In this document: positions 12,283 to 25,097 of the stretch, piece by piece | How positions within the stretch are numbered: the first letter of the stretch is position 1 | Layout: every line of letters starts with the position of its first letter | NCBI GenBank assembly: GCA_003971905.1 | Contig: RSEE01000019.1 | Location: forward strand, 186,001-250,000 | DNA length: 64,000 nucleotides | DNA from: Moniliella sp. 'wahieum' | Lineage: Eukaryota | Direction: 5' to 3' | Made by a program: the position numbers and the translations under genes | Notes under the pieces: model-generated | What the model saw: the letters and a program-made list of their open reading frames with translations, nothing else | Databases searched by the model: none | Told to the model about the DNA's origin: nothing

Positions 12283-14140
12283 ATGGTTTCGAAGCGCAAA
12301 AGGACATCCGCTCCAGCCGCGAAATCCATCGCGGCTGACCAGCCGCGTGCGAAGCGGATCAAGGCCAAGGTGGGTTCGGGCACGGTCGCTGCAGACGAAG
12401 ACGCGCCGGCCCAAGACACCGAGGTCGAACTTGCCCGCGAGGAGTATGTTCCTCCTGCTGGCCCGGTGGAGTTACCGGAACTGGCGGGGCTGTTGCCTAC
12501 GCCTCCTGTGGCGCCTCGTCGCGACGCAGCCCACGCTATGCATGCGCTGGTGCAGCATCTTCTTCCTTCGGATGCGGGCGCGTCGGCGCCCCTCGCCACT
12601 CCCCCCGAGCAAGGGGAAGAACCGCCGGACGATACCCCTCTGACAGAGAAGGACGCCGAGGCGCTTGTTTTGGTTATTTCCGCGCTCCAGAAGGAGTTGG
12701 GCGTCTCTCCATTGCCCTACCTACATCCAAGCGCAAGGGAGGCAAGCAAGGTACAGTGGGTCAGCTCCTAGCGCGCGCCGAGAGAGGCGACGCCCCCACC
12801 CTCTTCTCGATCAGACAGGCTCTTAGGGCGACCCCTTGTTCATCGGATGGGGACAAGGTGGTTTTGTCTTCGCTGGACTCGATTCTTCATGCATTGCAGC
12901 CCCGACGCGCTCCCCCTCAAGGCGGCGAGGAAGAGCCTGTCCCGCACTCCCCACTGCTTCTCTCCCTCGCCAAGGGGGACGCTGCCCGGCCGCCTGCTTC
13001 GAAGGCTGCAGGCCGGTATGCTTTGCACATGCATACGAGCGCTGGCGACCTTTTTTCTACCGAGACGCGCTTGAGTCCATCAGCCCTTGCTCATCTTGAT
13101 CCTGGCCCCGCCGGGGTGGTGGAGGTCCATTCGCTCGCGCCGCCTCCACTGGAAAGTAGAACACTTCAAAATCGGATTGAGACGCTGGACCACATGCTTG
13201 CTACACCCTTGACGTTCCCCCGCTCGATGCAGACCGACCATCTGAGGCGCCAGGGACGCTGCAAGGCCGTACGTTTCTCTTTCTCTTATCCTCCCCTTGT
13301 CTGAGCTAACATCCTACTATGTCACAGCCGAAAACTTGTACTATGGCCCCTACGACTCCTTCTTCCCTGTACGCCAAACGGACAAGGCCGCACTCTCCCC
13401 CGATATCGATTGGCAGCTACGGCAGTTCAAGCTCGATCCGCAGCGCAGGAGGGTGCGACGACAGTGGTCTTCCAGGGCCGCTGCAGCGGCCTTGGCGCCC
13501 CCCCCCGGCTCCGGTACCTGCTCTGTCCCCTGCTGCCCAGTCGTCTGAGGAGCAGGATGAGGATGTGATTTTGCCTGACCTAAGCGCGTTTACCTGCCCT
13601 GCTGCTCCTTTGCAGGGAGACCTTACGCGCTTGGTTGAGGCGGTGGAGGAGCGAGGACGCATATCAGAAGAGATGGAGCCGGTCCAGGTTGACATGGCGG
13701 CCTACTTGGCTGAATTCCAATCGCGTCAGCTTGCCCGTCTTCGCAGGATGCAATCTCACCTTACCCCGCCGCCTCCAGGCCCGATTCAGGAAGCGATTGC
13801 GGATGCCGCTACCGATGCGGGACTTGCACGTTCCCGCCGCACCAAGGCGTACGAGTTTGTCCCCACCCCCTCCGACGGGGAGAGGGACTTGGCTCACAAG
13901 GCTGGCGTAGGCTTGGCCTCTCTGCTGGAGAAGAGGGTCCGAGGCACCGAACCTGTGCCTCATGCCAAGGTGGTGGCAAATGTGCAGTTGGAGGCCCAGG
14001 AGGACGTGCAGGGACTCCTTCCGCCTCCAGCACTGAAAGCCATGGCTCTCCGGCACCAGGGTATCACGCCTTCGTTGGCATCGCTCTTTCCGCCGCCGGG
14101 TGTCATGTCCCTGGATGAACGTCTTGGGCTGACGCGGTGA
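12283..14140 (+). CDS. Hypothetical nuclear protein with a YYGPYDSFFP motif (Rsc58 / BRD7-9 DUF3512-like), frameshifted
   Basis: NLS-like MVSKRKR start; chained ORFs 12163, 12756, 13297 and 13319; intron 13269-13327 (GTACGT..GCTAAC..CAG). Family call is inferred from a short motif. Confidence 0.5.
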
Positions 14141-14261
14141 AGGTGGATTGAGGAATTTGCCTTTGAGTTTATGAAGAAGAGGGGCAGAGTGGAAGGGGCT
14201 ATCTTCTAGCGATCCTTGGTCGCCAGATCAGTTCGATGCGAAGCGAGATGAATGTATCGTA

Positions 14262-15926
14262 TCATAAGGACTGGCGGTAGCGGCGCCATACGTTGACCAT
14301 TCCTGTGCCCATAGTAGACTCTTCCACCTCCTTGGTCGAAGCCCAGCGGCGGGGCTTGGTGGGCTGCCCCGACCCCTCGTCAACGGAAAAAACAAAGATG
14401 TGCATGGTCAGTTTAAAGTGGGAAAAGACATGGACCACCTGACCCTTTTGGCCCACAAGCTTGACGCATCCTTCTCCCATGGACTCGGCCATTTCTGCAG
14501 CGTACGCTTCCACCTCGTCAAGAGCATGCGAATAGTTCTCCAAAGTGGGGAACTGCCACATGGAAGCCAGGAGACCTGTAGCGGGGCGTTGCTCCAATGC
14601 ATACCCTCGAGAGCCATGAAGAATACAGACTGCCACTTCCTTCTCTGGTTTGGGGCCTTCTTTCTTTTTAAGGGGGAAGAATTGAGCGTAAGCCCGCGCC
14701 GCGTCTTCTGCTGTGCCTGTGAGCAAGATGGCTCTTGCTGCTCTATTTTGGGTGGGGGGGCAAACGATAAGGTGGCTTGTTTCCCCCTTGGCTTGGCCTG
14801 GGGTTTGGATTTGGCTAACTTGGACTTGCTCTTGGGTGCCATTGCGGCCAAGAATACATCTTCCTCCACCGGTTCGCATACGGTGCACAAGTCTTCCATA
14901 TCGGGTTCTTCGCCTCTAGGCAGGCAGAGGGAGGCACCCTACCAGCTGGTCAGCTCTCAGTAAATAGGTCACACAAGGTTTCAACATACCTCCATGTATG
15001 TTCGGCAGGTAGCCTGGATGGGGCATGCGCCACAAAGTGGATTAAGGGGGACACAGACTGTGCTGCCAAGTTCCATGATGGCTTGGTTCCAGTCCCCTGG
15101 CACACAGGAAGGGGTTGGCCCTACGTCTTCAGCCGCCTGCTGAACCAAGCGCTGTGCCACGACCCATAGCAAGTCCGTGACCGCCTTATCCTTCACAGGT
15201 GCTCTCAACCCCAGTTGGCGGGTCAAAACCCGCACCACGTTTTCCAGCACCGCTTCCGGGTTGCCATATACAATCGAGCTGACAGCGCCAGCGGTGTAAG
15301 GCCCAATACCAGGGACCCCACGAAGTTGGGCTGCGGTAGAAGGGAGCTTGCCATCATACTTTTTCACAACTTCTTGGGAAGCTTGGTGGATGCGGGTCGC
15401 GCGGGAGTAGTAGCCCAATCCTTTCCACTGAGCCAGCACTTCGTCGGAAGTGGCCTTTGCGAGAGAGGGAAGCGTAGGCCATCGTTCAGTCCAGCGAGTA
15501 AAGTACTCAACGACGGTAGCCACACGAGTTTGTTGCAGCATAACTTCGCTCAGCCAGACGCGATAGGCACGTACTCTGACCTTGTCCTCCCATCCTTCTT
15601 CGTCAGGAGAAAGAAAAGGTTGACGCCAGGGCATGGGACGAACATGCTTGACCTCTTCATACCACTTGAGCAACTTGGTACGCGCTTCGACACCCGATGA
15701 CGTTGAAGCAAGAAGGAGGGGGTAGTGGTATCCCTTGTTATGTGGACGACTAGGCGGGTATGCCGCAACCGAGGAGGAAGGGCCAGCCAAGATAGCTTGC
15801 TCGAGCCCGGCGTATTGTCCCCCGCTTTGGTACGCACGCGCTTGGCGGGACGGTCTGGTTCCTCCGTCAATGGTTCATACTCCTCCGAGTCGCTGGCGGC
15901 GCGGGTGGCTCGGCGTCGCGGGGCAT
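14262..15926 (-). CDS. MYH1: A/G-specific adenine DNA glycosylase (MutY/MUTYH)
   Basis: WLSEVMLQQTRVATV; WKGLGYYSRA; HhH LRGVPGIGPYTAGA; Fe-S motif CVPLNPLCGACPIQATC; NUDIX-like QRPATGLLASMWQFP and HVFSH. Intron ~14939-14989. Confidence 0.95.
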
Positions 15927-16242
15927 ATTGCACGCAATGCCGACGCGAGATGAGGCACGAGAGAAGGAAGACGGAGATGGAGCCAAGGCAGCGAGTCGGG
16001 GGCGGCTGTGGACGCGTTCTTTCAACGCGCCGCGACAAGCGCATCTGAAATTTTCGCCGTTAAAACGTTAACCTGCAACCGGTAGCCCCCACCTGCTTGC
16101 TGGCTGGCTGTGCACAAAAACAAAAACACGAACAGGGCGGAATGCCCGGTGGCGGCACAGAGCCCATTCGAGCATATCGCCATTAGGATGAGTGACCGGG
16201 TCCACTTTAAGTCGCAGCTCTGACGTCCTGACTTCCACTAGG

Positions 16243-17062
16243 ATGGCGGCGTTGCAACAAGGAACGGTTGAGGCAGCCAAGAAGCGTGCTCCCAAGCCGA
16301 AGGTCGCAGGCCTCACCTACACCTATACGCCCGCCCCCGACGGAGCCGATTCGAACCTCCTCATCTTTCTTCATGGTTGGGAGACAATGAGGCGGCCTTC
16401 ACTCAGCTGGGACGACAACTCCAACGTGGCCCTAGTGGCACGGGTGGGCCGTTGCCACAGATGGCTACGTTGGCCGTGCGGGGACCCGAACCGTTACCTT
16501 TCTTTCACGACGAGGGCAGGTTTCTTTGGTGGAAGGCCTTCTCCCCCTTGGGGAAGGTATGTCCATTCTGCCCCCCACCACATCTGTGCGACTGTGTTGC
16601 TAACCCAGAAACAGAGATGCCACCTGATCCACGAGCTGCGATTGATGCACTCCAGACGCTGCTTTCCCACCTGCGTGAATGCGGGTGGAAAAACGAGAAT
16701 GTGCACCTGTTTGGGTTCGCGCAAGGCGGGAGCATTGCTCTTGAACTGGCTATTGTTCTTGCCCGAGCAGGTGGGCCGCTGGGGAGTGTGGTGACTGTCG
16801 ATGGTCCTCTGGTGCAGCATCCCACGTTTACTCTCCGCCGGTAACGACCCCGGTACTGTGCTTCCACCGCGGCGCGGCGCCTCCGCTCGCCAGGGCATTC
16901 TCAAACGTTACGAACCTTCGTGCTGCCGCTACGGATGGGCCAGCGATGCCGCGCGCGAGGGAGGGCGAGTGGGACGGAATCATTCGCTGGTGGGCAGGGA
17001 CGGCGCGATGGCGGAATCGGTCGGCTATGGAGTTGACAGGGGAGGTAGTGCCGTTGCAGTAA
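16243..17062 (+). CDS. Phospholipase/carboxylesterase-family alpha/beta hydrolase (frameshifted)
   Basis: NLLIFLHG(L)GD; VHLFGFAQGG (GxSxG position reads A); C-terminal MPRAREGEWDGIIRWW; intron near 16557-16607. Confidence 0.75.
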
Positions 17063-18251
17063 GCGGTTATAACCAACCACACGAATGGAAACGCTCTGGC
17101 GTAAGCGTGCTGAGGTACCGAGTGAGGTCGAGGCCAATAGCGAGCTAGACAACCCACGCACCGCGGGGGGGCTGGACATATGCGGCCTGCCTGGCACGCG
17201 ATGGCGGCACGTGACGCGTGATACACCCAGCCGTCACGCGCAAAGAATGGACGCTGAGGCGCCGAGGATAATCGATAAGGCTGAGCGCTGATGCATGATG
17301 CATGATGGCTGGTGCATGGTGGGCTGGTGGGCGGAATGGACCATTCCGCGGCGGTGGGAGATAAGCGCAAGCGCAGCGCGGGGCGCAGCGCGAATTAAAG
17401 CAGATCATCGATCAGGGCGGGCTGGCTGGCCTGGCGGACGAGGCGCCAGGAGAGCCCGAGCACCCGCTGACACTGCCCGTCTGGCGAGAAGAAGGTTGCG
17501 GGCAGGCCGCAGCCGATCGAGCACCGATGCTACATGCTGGGCGATTTAATCTCGATCAGGCAAGGGGGCAGGCGCTGGGTTGCAGGAGCACGGCAGTGCG
17601 GAGTCCAGGAGACGCACATTCTTCGTCGCATCTCCCAGCAGGCCAGCAGGGTTGGCGCGCCGGCGCTCGGGCGGAGGGGCAGGCGCGCGGGGGCAGTGTG
17701 GGCGGGCTGCGCTGCGTGGCGCCAGATTCGAATGCCAGCGTGGCGCTGCGGCTGTGGGCGGGCGGCATGCATCCATGCAAGGTGCTGCGTGCCAGGCTTG
17801 CCCCGCCCGCCACACTGGCCCCCGCCCCCTGCATCTGCCACCTCTCCTGGGTTCCGCTGTGGGGGCTGCAATGCCGACGACCGGCGGCGTCAGGCGGTGC
17901 AGAGCGACAATGGGCGCGCGCGGGCCCACACTCGCGCTGTGCCGGTGGCGCTGGCGCTGGTGCGGCGGGAAGCGGCACGAAGCGGCGGGAAGCAGCCAGG
18001 AGGCGGGGCAGCGCAGCATCATCCATCATCCATCCACACCCACCTTCCAGGTCCCACCCTGCCCGCCTTATAAGGGCACTGCCCCAGCCCGCTCTCCCCC
18101 GCTTCCACCCATCTCCGCTCCCCCCCCCCCCATCTGCTGCCATCTCCTCCCCACGCAAGCCGTCCTTCGTGTGTACCAGCCCCTCCCCGCCTGCCTGCCT
18201 GCCTGCCTACCTACCTGCCTGCTGACCCGCCGCAGATTCGTTGATCCCATC

Positions 18252-19442
18252 ATGTCCACTACTGCAACCGACACGGGCGGGCTGGCGGCGCTGGCCTCGG
18301 CCTCTGCGCATGCCCATATCCATGCACCCACCCACTCTCCCCCACCCTGGGCGGGTATGAAGGCCCCTCCTCCTCCTGGGGTGCCAGCTCCGTCCGTGTC
18401 GGGTTCCGCTTCCAACCCCGGTACCAGTGTCGGCGGCAAGAAGCGGTCGTCACCCAAGCCCGACGATCCGTCGCCCTTGACCAAACGGCCCAAGGCAATG
18501 ACCCCCGAGCGCCTTGCTCGTCTTGAGGCTCGTCAGGCCCGCAACCGTCTCTCGGCCCAGGCCAGTCGAGACAAGAAAAAGAACTATGTGTCGACCCTGG
18601 AAACCCAAGCCGGTGAACTGTCGAGGCACAATGCTGAACTCTGGCGCCAGGTGCAGGACTATCCCGTTTCCACGCGATTGCCACTCTGGTCCAAGCTTCA
18701 TCTGAGGACCCCAAAGAGCAACTGCGCCAAGTCGCCGCCCTTCTTCCCTCCCTCCTTGCTGGTGCTGTTGACCCTGCCGCCACGCTATCCGGTCTCCCTG
18801 CTCCCCCGGCGCCGGCCGACACTCATTCGCCATCTGCCTCCTCTTCCCCTTCATCTACATCGGAAACGCAGGACTCCCAGCCGACCGGGACGTTAGCAGC
18901 GCCTCCCCCCTCTGAATCTACCGCGCCAACCGTTCAGTCCACCTCCCCTCCCGTCGGACCCGTTTGTCCACCCAAGGGCACGAGTGAAGAAGAAGGATTG
19001 AGCGCTCGCCTTCCAGCAGCGAAGGCGGTTCCCAGCAGCGGGCGCTCTCCCTCTACCTTCGCTTGTGCCCTCCCCACACGGGACGGATAAGGTGCGCCTG
19101 GACGGTTTGGCCGCTCTGGATCGGCCCATGCCCATTGCAGAGTGGGGAAATGGCAGCAGCAAACTCCCTGTCGCTCCCCTGCCCGTAAAGGTAAAGGAAG
19201 AAAAGGAGGACAAGATGGAAGATGTGTTCGAGCCGTCGCCGATGGCTGATGAGCTCCTCTTTTTTGATGGTCTTCCCGAGGCCGAATGGGGGCTCGACCC
19301 CTGGCTCAAGGCGGACGTGGATGCGACGGCGGCCTCGTCGCCTTTGTCTGTAGGATCGGCCAACGACTCGATCTCGACCGAAGTTGACGAGGGTCCGGCC
19401 CCACCGGTGGTGGGCAACGGAAGAACGGGCGATGCTCCTTGA
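18252..19442 (+). CDS. HAC1: UPR bZIP transcription factor, Hac1/Cib1/XBP1 homologue
   Basis: Basic region RLEARQARNRLSAQASRDKKKNYVSTLE with zipper; RLPAA motif at an IRE1-type double stem-loop; the spliced frame gives an acidic C-terminus. One apparent indel near 18658. Confidence 0.85.
19017..19035 (+). other. 19-nt unconventional (IRE1-cleaved) intron
   Basis: Two CAG'CAGC loops at 19014-19020 and 19033-19039; perfect stem CGCCTTC/GAAGGCG; basal stem GAGCGC/GCGCTC; excision joins the upstream frame to ORF 19065..19442. Confidence 0.8.
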
Positions 19443-19633
19443 ATTCCTGCACTAAGAGACTCTTACCTGACGAGGGCATGCCCTTTCGGGTAAGTACCCT
19501 ATTGAGTCTTGGGGGGGAGGGTTCCTACGGTTGGACACTCGCAGCTCTTCTCATGATTTGATGAGCTTTGCCCCCCCCCCCACAAAACGCCCCGACGATG
19601 TGATGACGTTCGTTGATTGACCTTGGACCTTGT

Positions 19634-20540
19634 TTACTGGGCTTGTATTGCCTGTACTATCTGCCTCTGTTTCGAAGACACCAATGCTACATTCCTTGAT
19701 TCTTCATTTTTTCCTGTACCCTGCCCCATAACAGGTTTTTGGCTCTGCAGCGCTGGTGATCGATGGATGGCGCCGTGATGTAAGAAGGGCAAACCAAATG
19801 GGTCAAGACTGACCGACAGTGAGTGAACGATGTTGAACCTATAGTGAACGATGTGTGGGGCCCAAAGCTGGGGGTGGCGATAGACCTTTGCCATGGCTGT
19901 GCTAACGTCGGAGACTGGGACTAAGGTAGAGATCGCTCCGTTGGGAGTGCTTCCGAACCGCACATATCTGGTGAATCCTGTCCCCTGTGGCATCATCAAC
20001 AAGCCTTAAACGACACGGACAGGTCGGTCGTCCGGACACATCGTGCATCCTGTTCCGCCTAATACTATGAACGAGGATCCTGTTACATTACAGTGTGCTC
20101 ACTCAGTACGAAGTACCGAGAGCGTAGTGCAAAAGACGCCGGCTCCCTCTTGCCTTCTTGACAAGACTTCTTAGTAGCTGAGGGTGCTTTTCTGCCAGCT
20201 CACTGCCTCTTGTTCAAACCACTGTCCAACATGCATCCTGTGCACACCCCCTCTCCCGATACAGACACCCGCATATAGCTGCTGAGCTACGCTGCTCGAG
20301 GAAGGAGTTGTGGGCTTGGCAGTGCTAATAGGTCCTGTGGGAGGCCATAGAGGGGCCTGGGTAGGCACACGTGGAACTGAGTCGAGAATGCGTATGATCA
20401 AAGGGAAAATCCACCGCCACACAGAGAGAAGCACCTACATATACCACTGAATTGGCAGCGCCAAGCGCCACCAAAAGCTTAAGAAAAAGTGAGGATGTTG
20501 GTGTTCCATGAAGTGCATGAAGCAGAGGAAACGCCGGCAT
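19634..20540 (-). CDS. Possible hypothetical protein (fragmented ORFs)
   Basis: Three chained minus-strand ORFs with a hydrophobic N-terminal part; no motif recognised. Confidence 0.2.
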
Positions 20541-21870
20541 CTTCTCCACTCTGTGTGTGCTAGCTGCGAGCACTGGGAGAGGTGGGACTGGTGTCCCGAT
20601 TCGCATTCTTATACTACACGTTTATTGCTCGTATACCACAAGTGGAGTTCGTGGCTTTTGTATGCTTGTATCTGCCCCCCTCGGTTCATCTGCTTCGTTT
20701 TCCACCTCTCTCTCCAGCTCCCTCGCAGCCCTGCACTCCTACCGCACACACAATCAATGTTCCCTAGACCACGTCCATTTCATTGACAGAGCTTAAGGCT
20801 GGGACAGGGGGAACGCTACGTCTAGACCTAACCGTTCATCTTGCGGGGGTTACTTGGAAGCGCCACCAAGGTTAAGGAACCAGCGGGATCGCCAGGATAT
20901 CAGGACCCTCCGGTTCTCGCCATCCGGTCCCGTACCCTAGGAAGCCCGTGTGGACACGGATGAACGTGGTTGACATCCGAGCGAGGAACCATTTCCACTG
21001 AGACTTCCCTAGTATATTTCTCACACCCTCCCTTCTCTTCCTTCATCTTTTCCGCCTTCGTGCCTCTCGTCCATCCGGGTCGGCCGCCGTCCTGTGAGCT
21101 CGCTGATTGCTCTTGGGCTCGTACCAGTAGTCTCTCTCATGACGTTTGTACCCATCCACTGGAATCCTCCCAACAGCGCATTCGGTCCCGCTACACTTTC
21201 CACCTACTCTTTCTCTCTGGCAGCGTCCCTAGCTGCTATTATACCATCTTTCTCGGCGCCCCCCCCCCCCCTTTAGCCCATTTAGAAGGAAGCGAGGGCC
21301 TGGTTGTTGCCCCAAAGGCTGCGATGTATTGGGAAATGATGCACATACCGGTTCACCTTGATGACCAGGGCACAGTACAGCCAAACTACAGCCGACCTCT
21401 CGCTTGTCAGGGGTCCGGTGTTGGGCCGGGCATGGGACATGGGACATGGGCGTGTGGTGTGGTTAGGGTCGGAGTTGTACCGTTATGCGGTACGCGGTAC
21501 GACGGTCCGCGACGGTCCTCCGTTGTCACATATGCAGCGCCATGGACTGCGCACCATCACCATCTGCTTTAGTTGTTGGGCTGCTATCCGGTTTGGCTCT
21601 AGCACGTAGCTTTCCCCACCCCCATCGCACCCTCTCCATCTCGACCTCGGCCTATCCTCAATCAGTAATCCTCTTGGTTGGTTCGTTACTTTGCTCACAA
21701 CACTGTACAGTGTGGCGCTGTCGACCAGCTACGTCTCGGTAAAAGTGTACTATTAGTTTGCTCGTTGACCTCAACGTTCTTGCAAGTCTCTGGCGTCTAC
21801 TTGTCGCCTACCTACCTCAATCTTCCTGCTCCTTGCCCACGATTTCTTCTTTATCGTCGAGGCCTATCCC

Positions 21871-21968
21871 CCAACCGCAACCCAACCGCAACCCAACCGT
21901 GGAACCAGAACTGCATCTCTCGTCAAATGTCAAATGCCAAATGCCAAATGCCAAATGTCTAATGTCAA
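21871..21968 (+). repeat. Short tandem repeats (CCAACCGCAAC)x~3 and (CAAATGY)x~6
   Basis: Read directly from the sequence. Confidence 0.75.
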
Positions 21969-22086
21969 CCACACGGCTCGAAAGCGGGAAATGCGAATAC
22001 AAGAGTGATGATGAGAAACGATACCAACTAGCTCCGTCGATCTTCCTCCATGTGCCGCGCGGCAGCCAAGAGGGGGTCAAAGTACC

Positions 22087-23753
22087 TCAACGACGGTAGG
22101 GAAGGCGGGACTTGCGAAGAAGGCACCTTGGTACCAGCATGCACCAGCGTCCAGCTGGATGCACCTTTGGCCTCTTGTCCCAATGACGGGGGAAGGTGAG
22201 GGGAGGCAGGGTGATTCCCATGCCCCTATGCGAACGCGGTGGGAGCGGCAGGTCTGACGAAGCTGTCCTGGCATCTTCTTGCGGTGCAGGAGCAGGCACA
22301 GGAGCAGGCGGAGGTACAGGATCAGGCGCGTGAGCAGGCGCAGGCGCAGGCGCAAACCCAGGCGGGTGGGTGGCAACCCACGCTTGAAACCCAAGTTGGC
22401 GCATGCGGTCGTTGTGTCCCTTAACGTGGCGGTTGAGCGTGGTGCGACGGGTAAACGTTTTGCCACAGCCGGGCAAGGGGCAAGCGTGAGGCCGATTGCC
22501 CGAGTGGGTGCGACGGTGGCGCGCCAGAGAGGAGGAGTCGGAAAAGCTCTTGGTGCAGCCGGCCACTTCGCACGCGTGAGGACGTTCGCCCGTATGGACC
22601 CGACCATGCACCGTGAGTGCACTTCGCTGGATAAAGCTTTTGGTGCACCCAGCAAATGTGCATTGAAATGGTCGTTCGTTGGTATGAATACGCCAGTGCC
22701 GTGCAAGTCCGACCGGCGCGAGAAGGATTTGCCACATTCGCCACACACGTGTTCGCCCCGGGCCTCCGGACTGCCACTCGGGTTGGCTCCACTACCAAAT
22801 TCGCGGTGGGCGTGCGTACTTGCATGTGCATGGAGATCTTCTTGACGCGCAAAAGTCCTGTCGCACACATCGCACACGAGGAGTTTGGGGAATACGCGCC
22901 GTGGCGCCCGCCGCTTCGGACGAACCTCGTCTTCGACAGGTGAGACGGGCGTAGCAGGCCTGCAACCGTGGTAGCAAGGACGGGCGGGGGACGGGTCATG
23001 AATGCCGTGAGGGACACGCTTCCGTTTTCGTACAGACTCGGCAGACTTGGGCGATAGCACGCGTGTTGGCGTGGAGGGTTTGGCAGAATCGGGGCTTGAA
23101 ATCGGCCCAGGAGGGTGGCGGGATTGACCCAGCTCCTCTGCCACGGAGTCAACACTCAGTTTTTCATCATCATCATCATCTTCTTCTTCTTCTCCCTCCA
23201 TGTCTTCGTCTTCCTCGTCTTGCTCTTTGGTCATTTCAGCGTTGAGATCAGCAGAGCCGGGGTCCATGGGGAAGGCAGATGTACCGGCGCCTGAAGTGGC
23301 AAAGGGCGCGTCCGTGAGGTATGGAGGCCGGATGGCGCACGCTGGAGTATGCGGGAAATGGAGAAGTTGCTGTTCGGGGAGTACGGGGGATGCTCGTGTC
23401 CTCGGCGGGAGAAGGGGATGCGGTGCGCTTGGATTCCTGCGAGAGGGCAGGAACCATATCAGGGGCGTCGGCGATTGGCCGTACCCGGCGCAAGGGGAGG
23501 GCGCATGCGGGAGACGAAAGGGCAGTATGGTAGAGCGACGGAGCGGGAGGAGCTGCGGTGGAGCGGAGGTGGCTGGTGGCGGCGGCGGTGGACGTGGCCG
23601 GGGGCGTGCGCTGGTAAATGTGGCGGGGTGACAATCCGCGCAGCGCGGTGGCGGGGGCGCGGCGTGGGCGAGGGCGGCGAGCTTGGGCGCGTCGGGGTGG
23701 CGGGAGGAGGGGCGTGCCGCGGCGGAGGCCGGGGTGCCAGGGGTGTCGGCCAT
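22087..23753 (-). CDS. C2H2 zinc-finger transcription factor (5 fingers)
   Basis: CDVCDRTF..HASTH; CGECGKSFSRRSDL(A)[64 protein letters not shown]..HVKGH. Frameshift near 22700; acidic tract upstream. Confidence 0.9.
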
Positions 23754-24408
23754 GGTGCGTGGGCAGGTGGTGTGGGCAGGAGAGGTGGTGGCAATCTGCG
23801 TGCGCCACTTGGCAAAATACAGGGCAAAAAGCCGTCGCAGGCAGGACCCCCGCAGGCGCGTCGGGGCACACTGCCCGGGTGCGGGGCGCCCTTCGGTCTT
23901 TTTAGCGTGGCTAAAATTTTGCGGTGCGGGTGTCCTGTGCGCGCCCGCGTGGGGCCGTGCGCAGGGTGCTGCCGCGCACAGCGCCAGTGCTGGGCCCTGC
24001 TGGGCCCTGCTGGCGCCCCCACGCGGGCGTGTCTGTGGCAAGCCCGCGCAGGCGCACCGCAGCAGCCCCGCCTCCCCCGCCCCGAGAGACACGCGCCCCT
24101 GCTCGCCACGCCTCACGCCTCACCAGGCCTCACCCGCCCCCCCGTCGGCCTCAGGCTCACTGCGTCAAGTTTCACGCTTCAGTCTCCTGGGCCTCACCTC
24201 GTGTCCGCCGGCCTGCTGTCACCGTCACCTCAAGCACGCACCCATCCGCTCCTCCTGCAAACGCCCCGCGATCCATCGATCCAGCCCAAAGATTGCATTC
24301 TTTTGCTGTGCCTGCAGCCAGGGGCATAAGCTATGTCTCTTCTTTCCCCCGCCCTGGTGCTTCCAAGCCGCATCCCCCGCCTCGGGCGAGCAGCACGCGC
24401 CGGCGCAC

Positions 24409-25097
24409 TCACCCGGCACTCCACCAGCTCCCCGTCGTACAGCGACAGCGCACCCAGCGTAAGGCCCCCCGGTCGGACGAGTCGGGACGGCGCGGGGCGG
24501 CCCGCAGTGCCAGCTCTGCGTGCGGACCAAGGATGCGGCGCAGCGCATGGTCCGGTATCCGCTCAATGCTCTTCACCGTTCCCGACCACCGCCGCGGGCA
24601 GAGAGAATTGCTCCGGGGGTCAAACAGAAGGACACGGAGGTTAAACGTGCTTTGGGCCGTGGCAATCCCAGTCGCTGAGTGGACCAATTCCATAATGGTC
24701 CGCAGCTGGGTATTGTCAAACGCGTACACAATCACTTCCAACACACGTCGGTCCAGCTTTTTGTCCCGGCCGATGCGCTGCTCGGGAGTGGGACCGGCGA
24801 GCCATTGGCCCGGGCTGATGGACCGCAATTGGGCAGCGTTCATCCACTCGGGTTCAGTGTGCACCAGCAGCGTACCGCTCGTGGTGTGGCCTGGGAAATG
24901 CGGCGGGACACGCATCAGCTCACGAGCGCGTCGGGCGGAGCGTGGACCGGGCCGGGGCACCGGCTAGCTCCGAAGAGGGCAGACCATGTGCCGCCCAGAA
25001 GAGATGAATGGAGGCGACGTACCTCGCTCCCCTGAGCATGAACCACGTGTCGATCAGGCCTGTGCTGGGGCGGGGGCGCCGAGTAGGCCTCGCTCAT
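24409..25097 (-). CDS. Possible SAP18-like protein
   Basis: LEVIVYAFDNTQLRTIMELVH..STFNLRVLLFDPR..SGTV resembles the SAP18 pattern ELQIYTWxDATLxELxxLV..FxFxxVFxD. Weak, by eye. Confidence 0.4.

Noticed and set aside
20830..20980. CGTTCATC/GATGAACG inverted repeat and GTTGACATCCG matching the LTR start
   Set aside because: Matches are only 8-11 bp with no further LTR similarity; compatible with chance.
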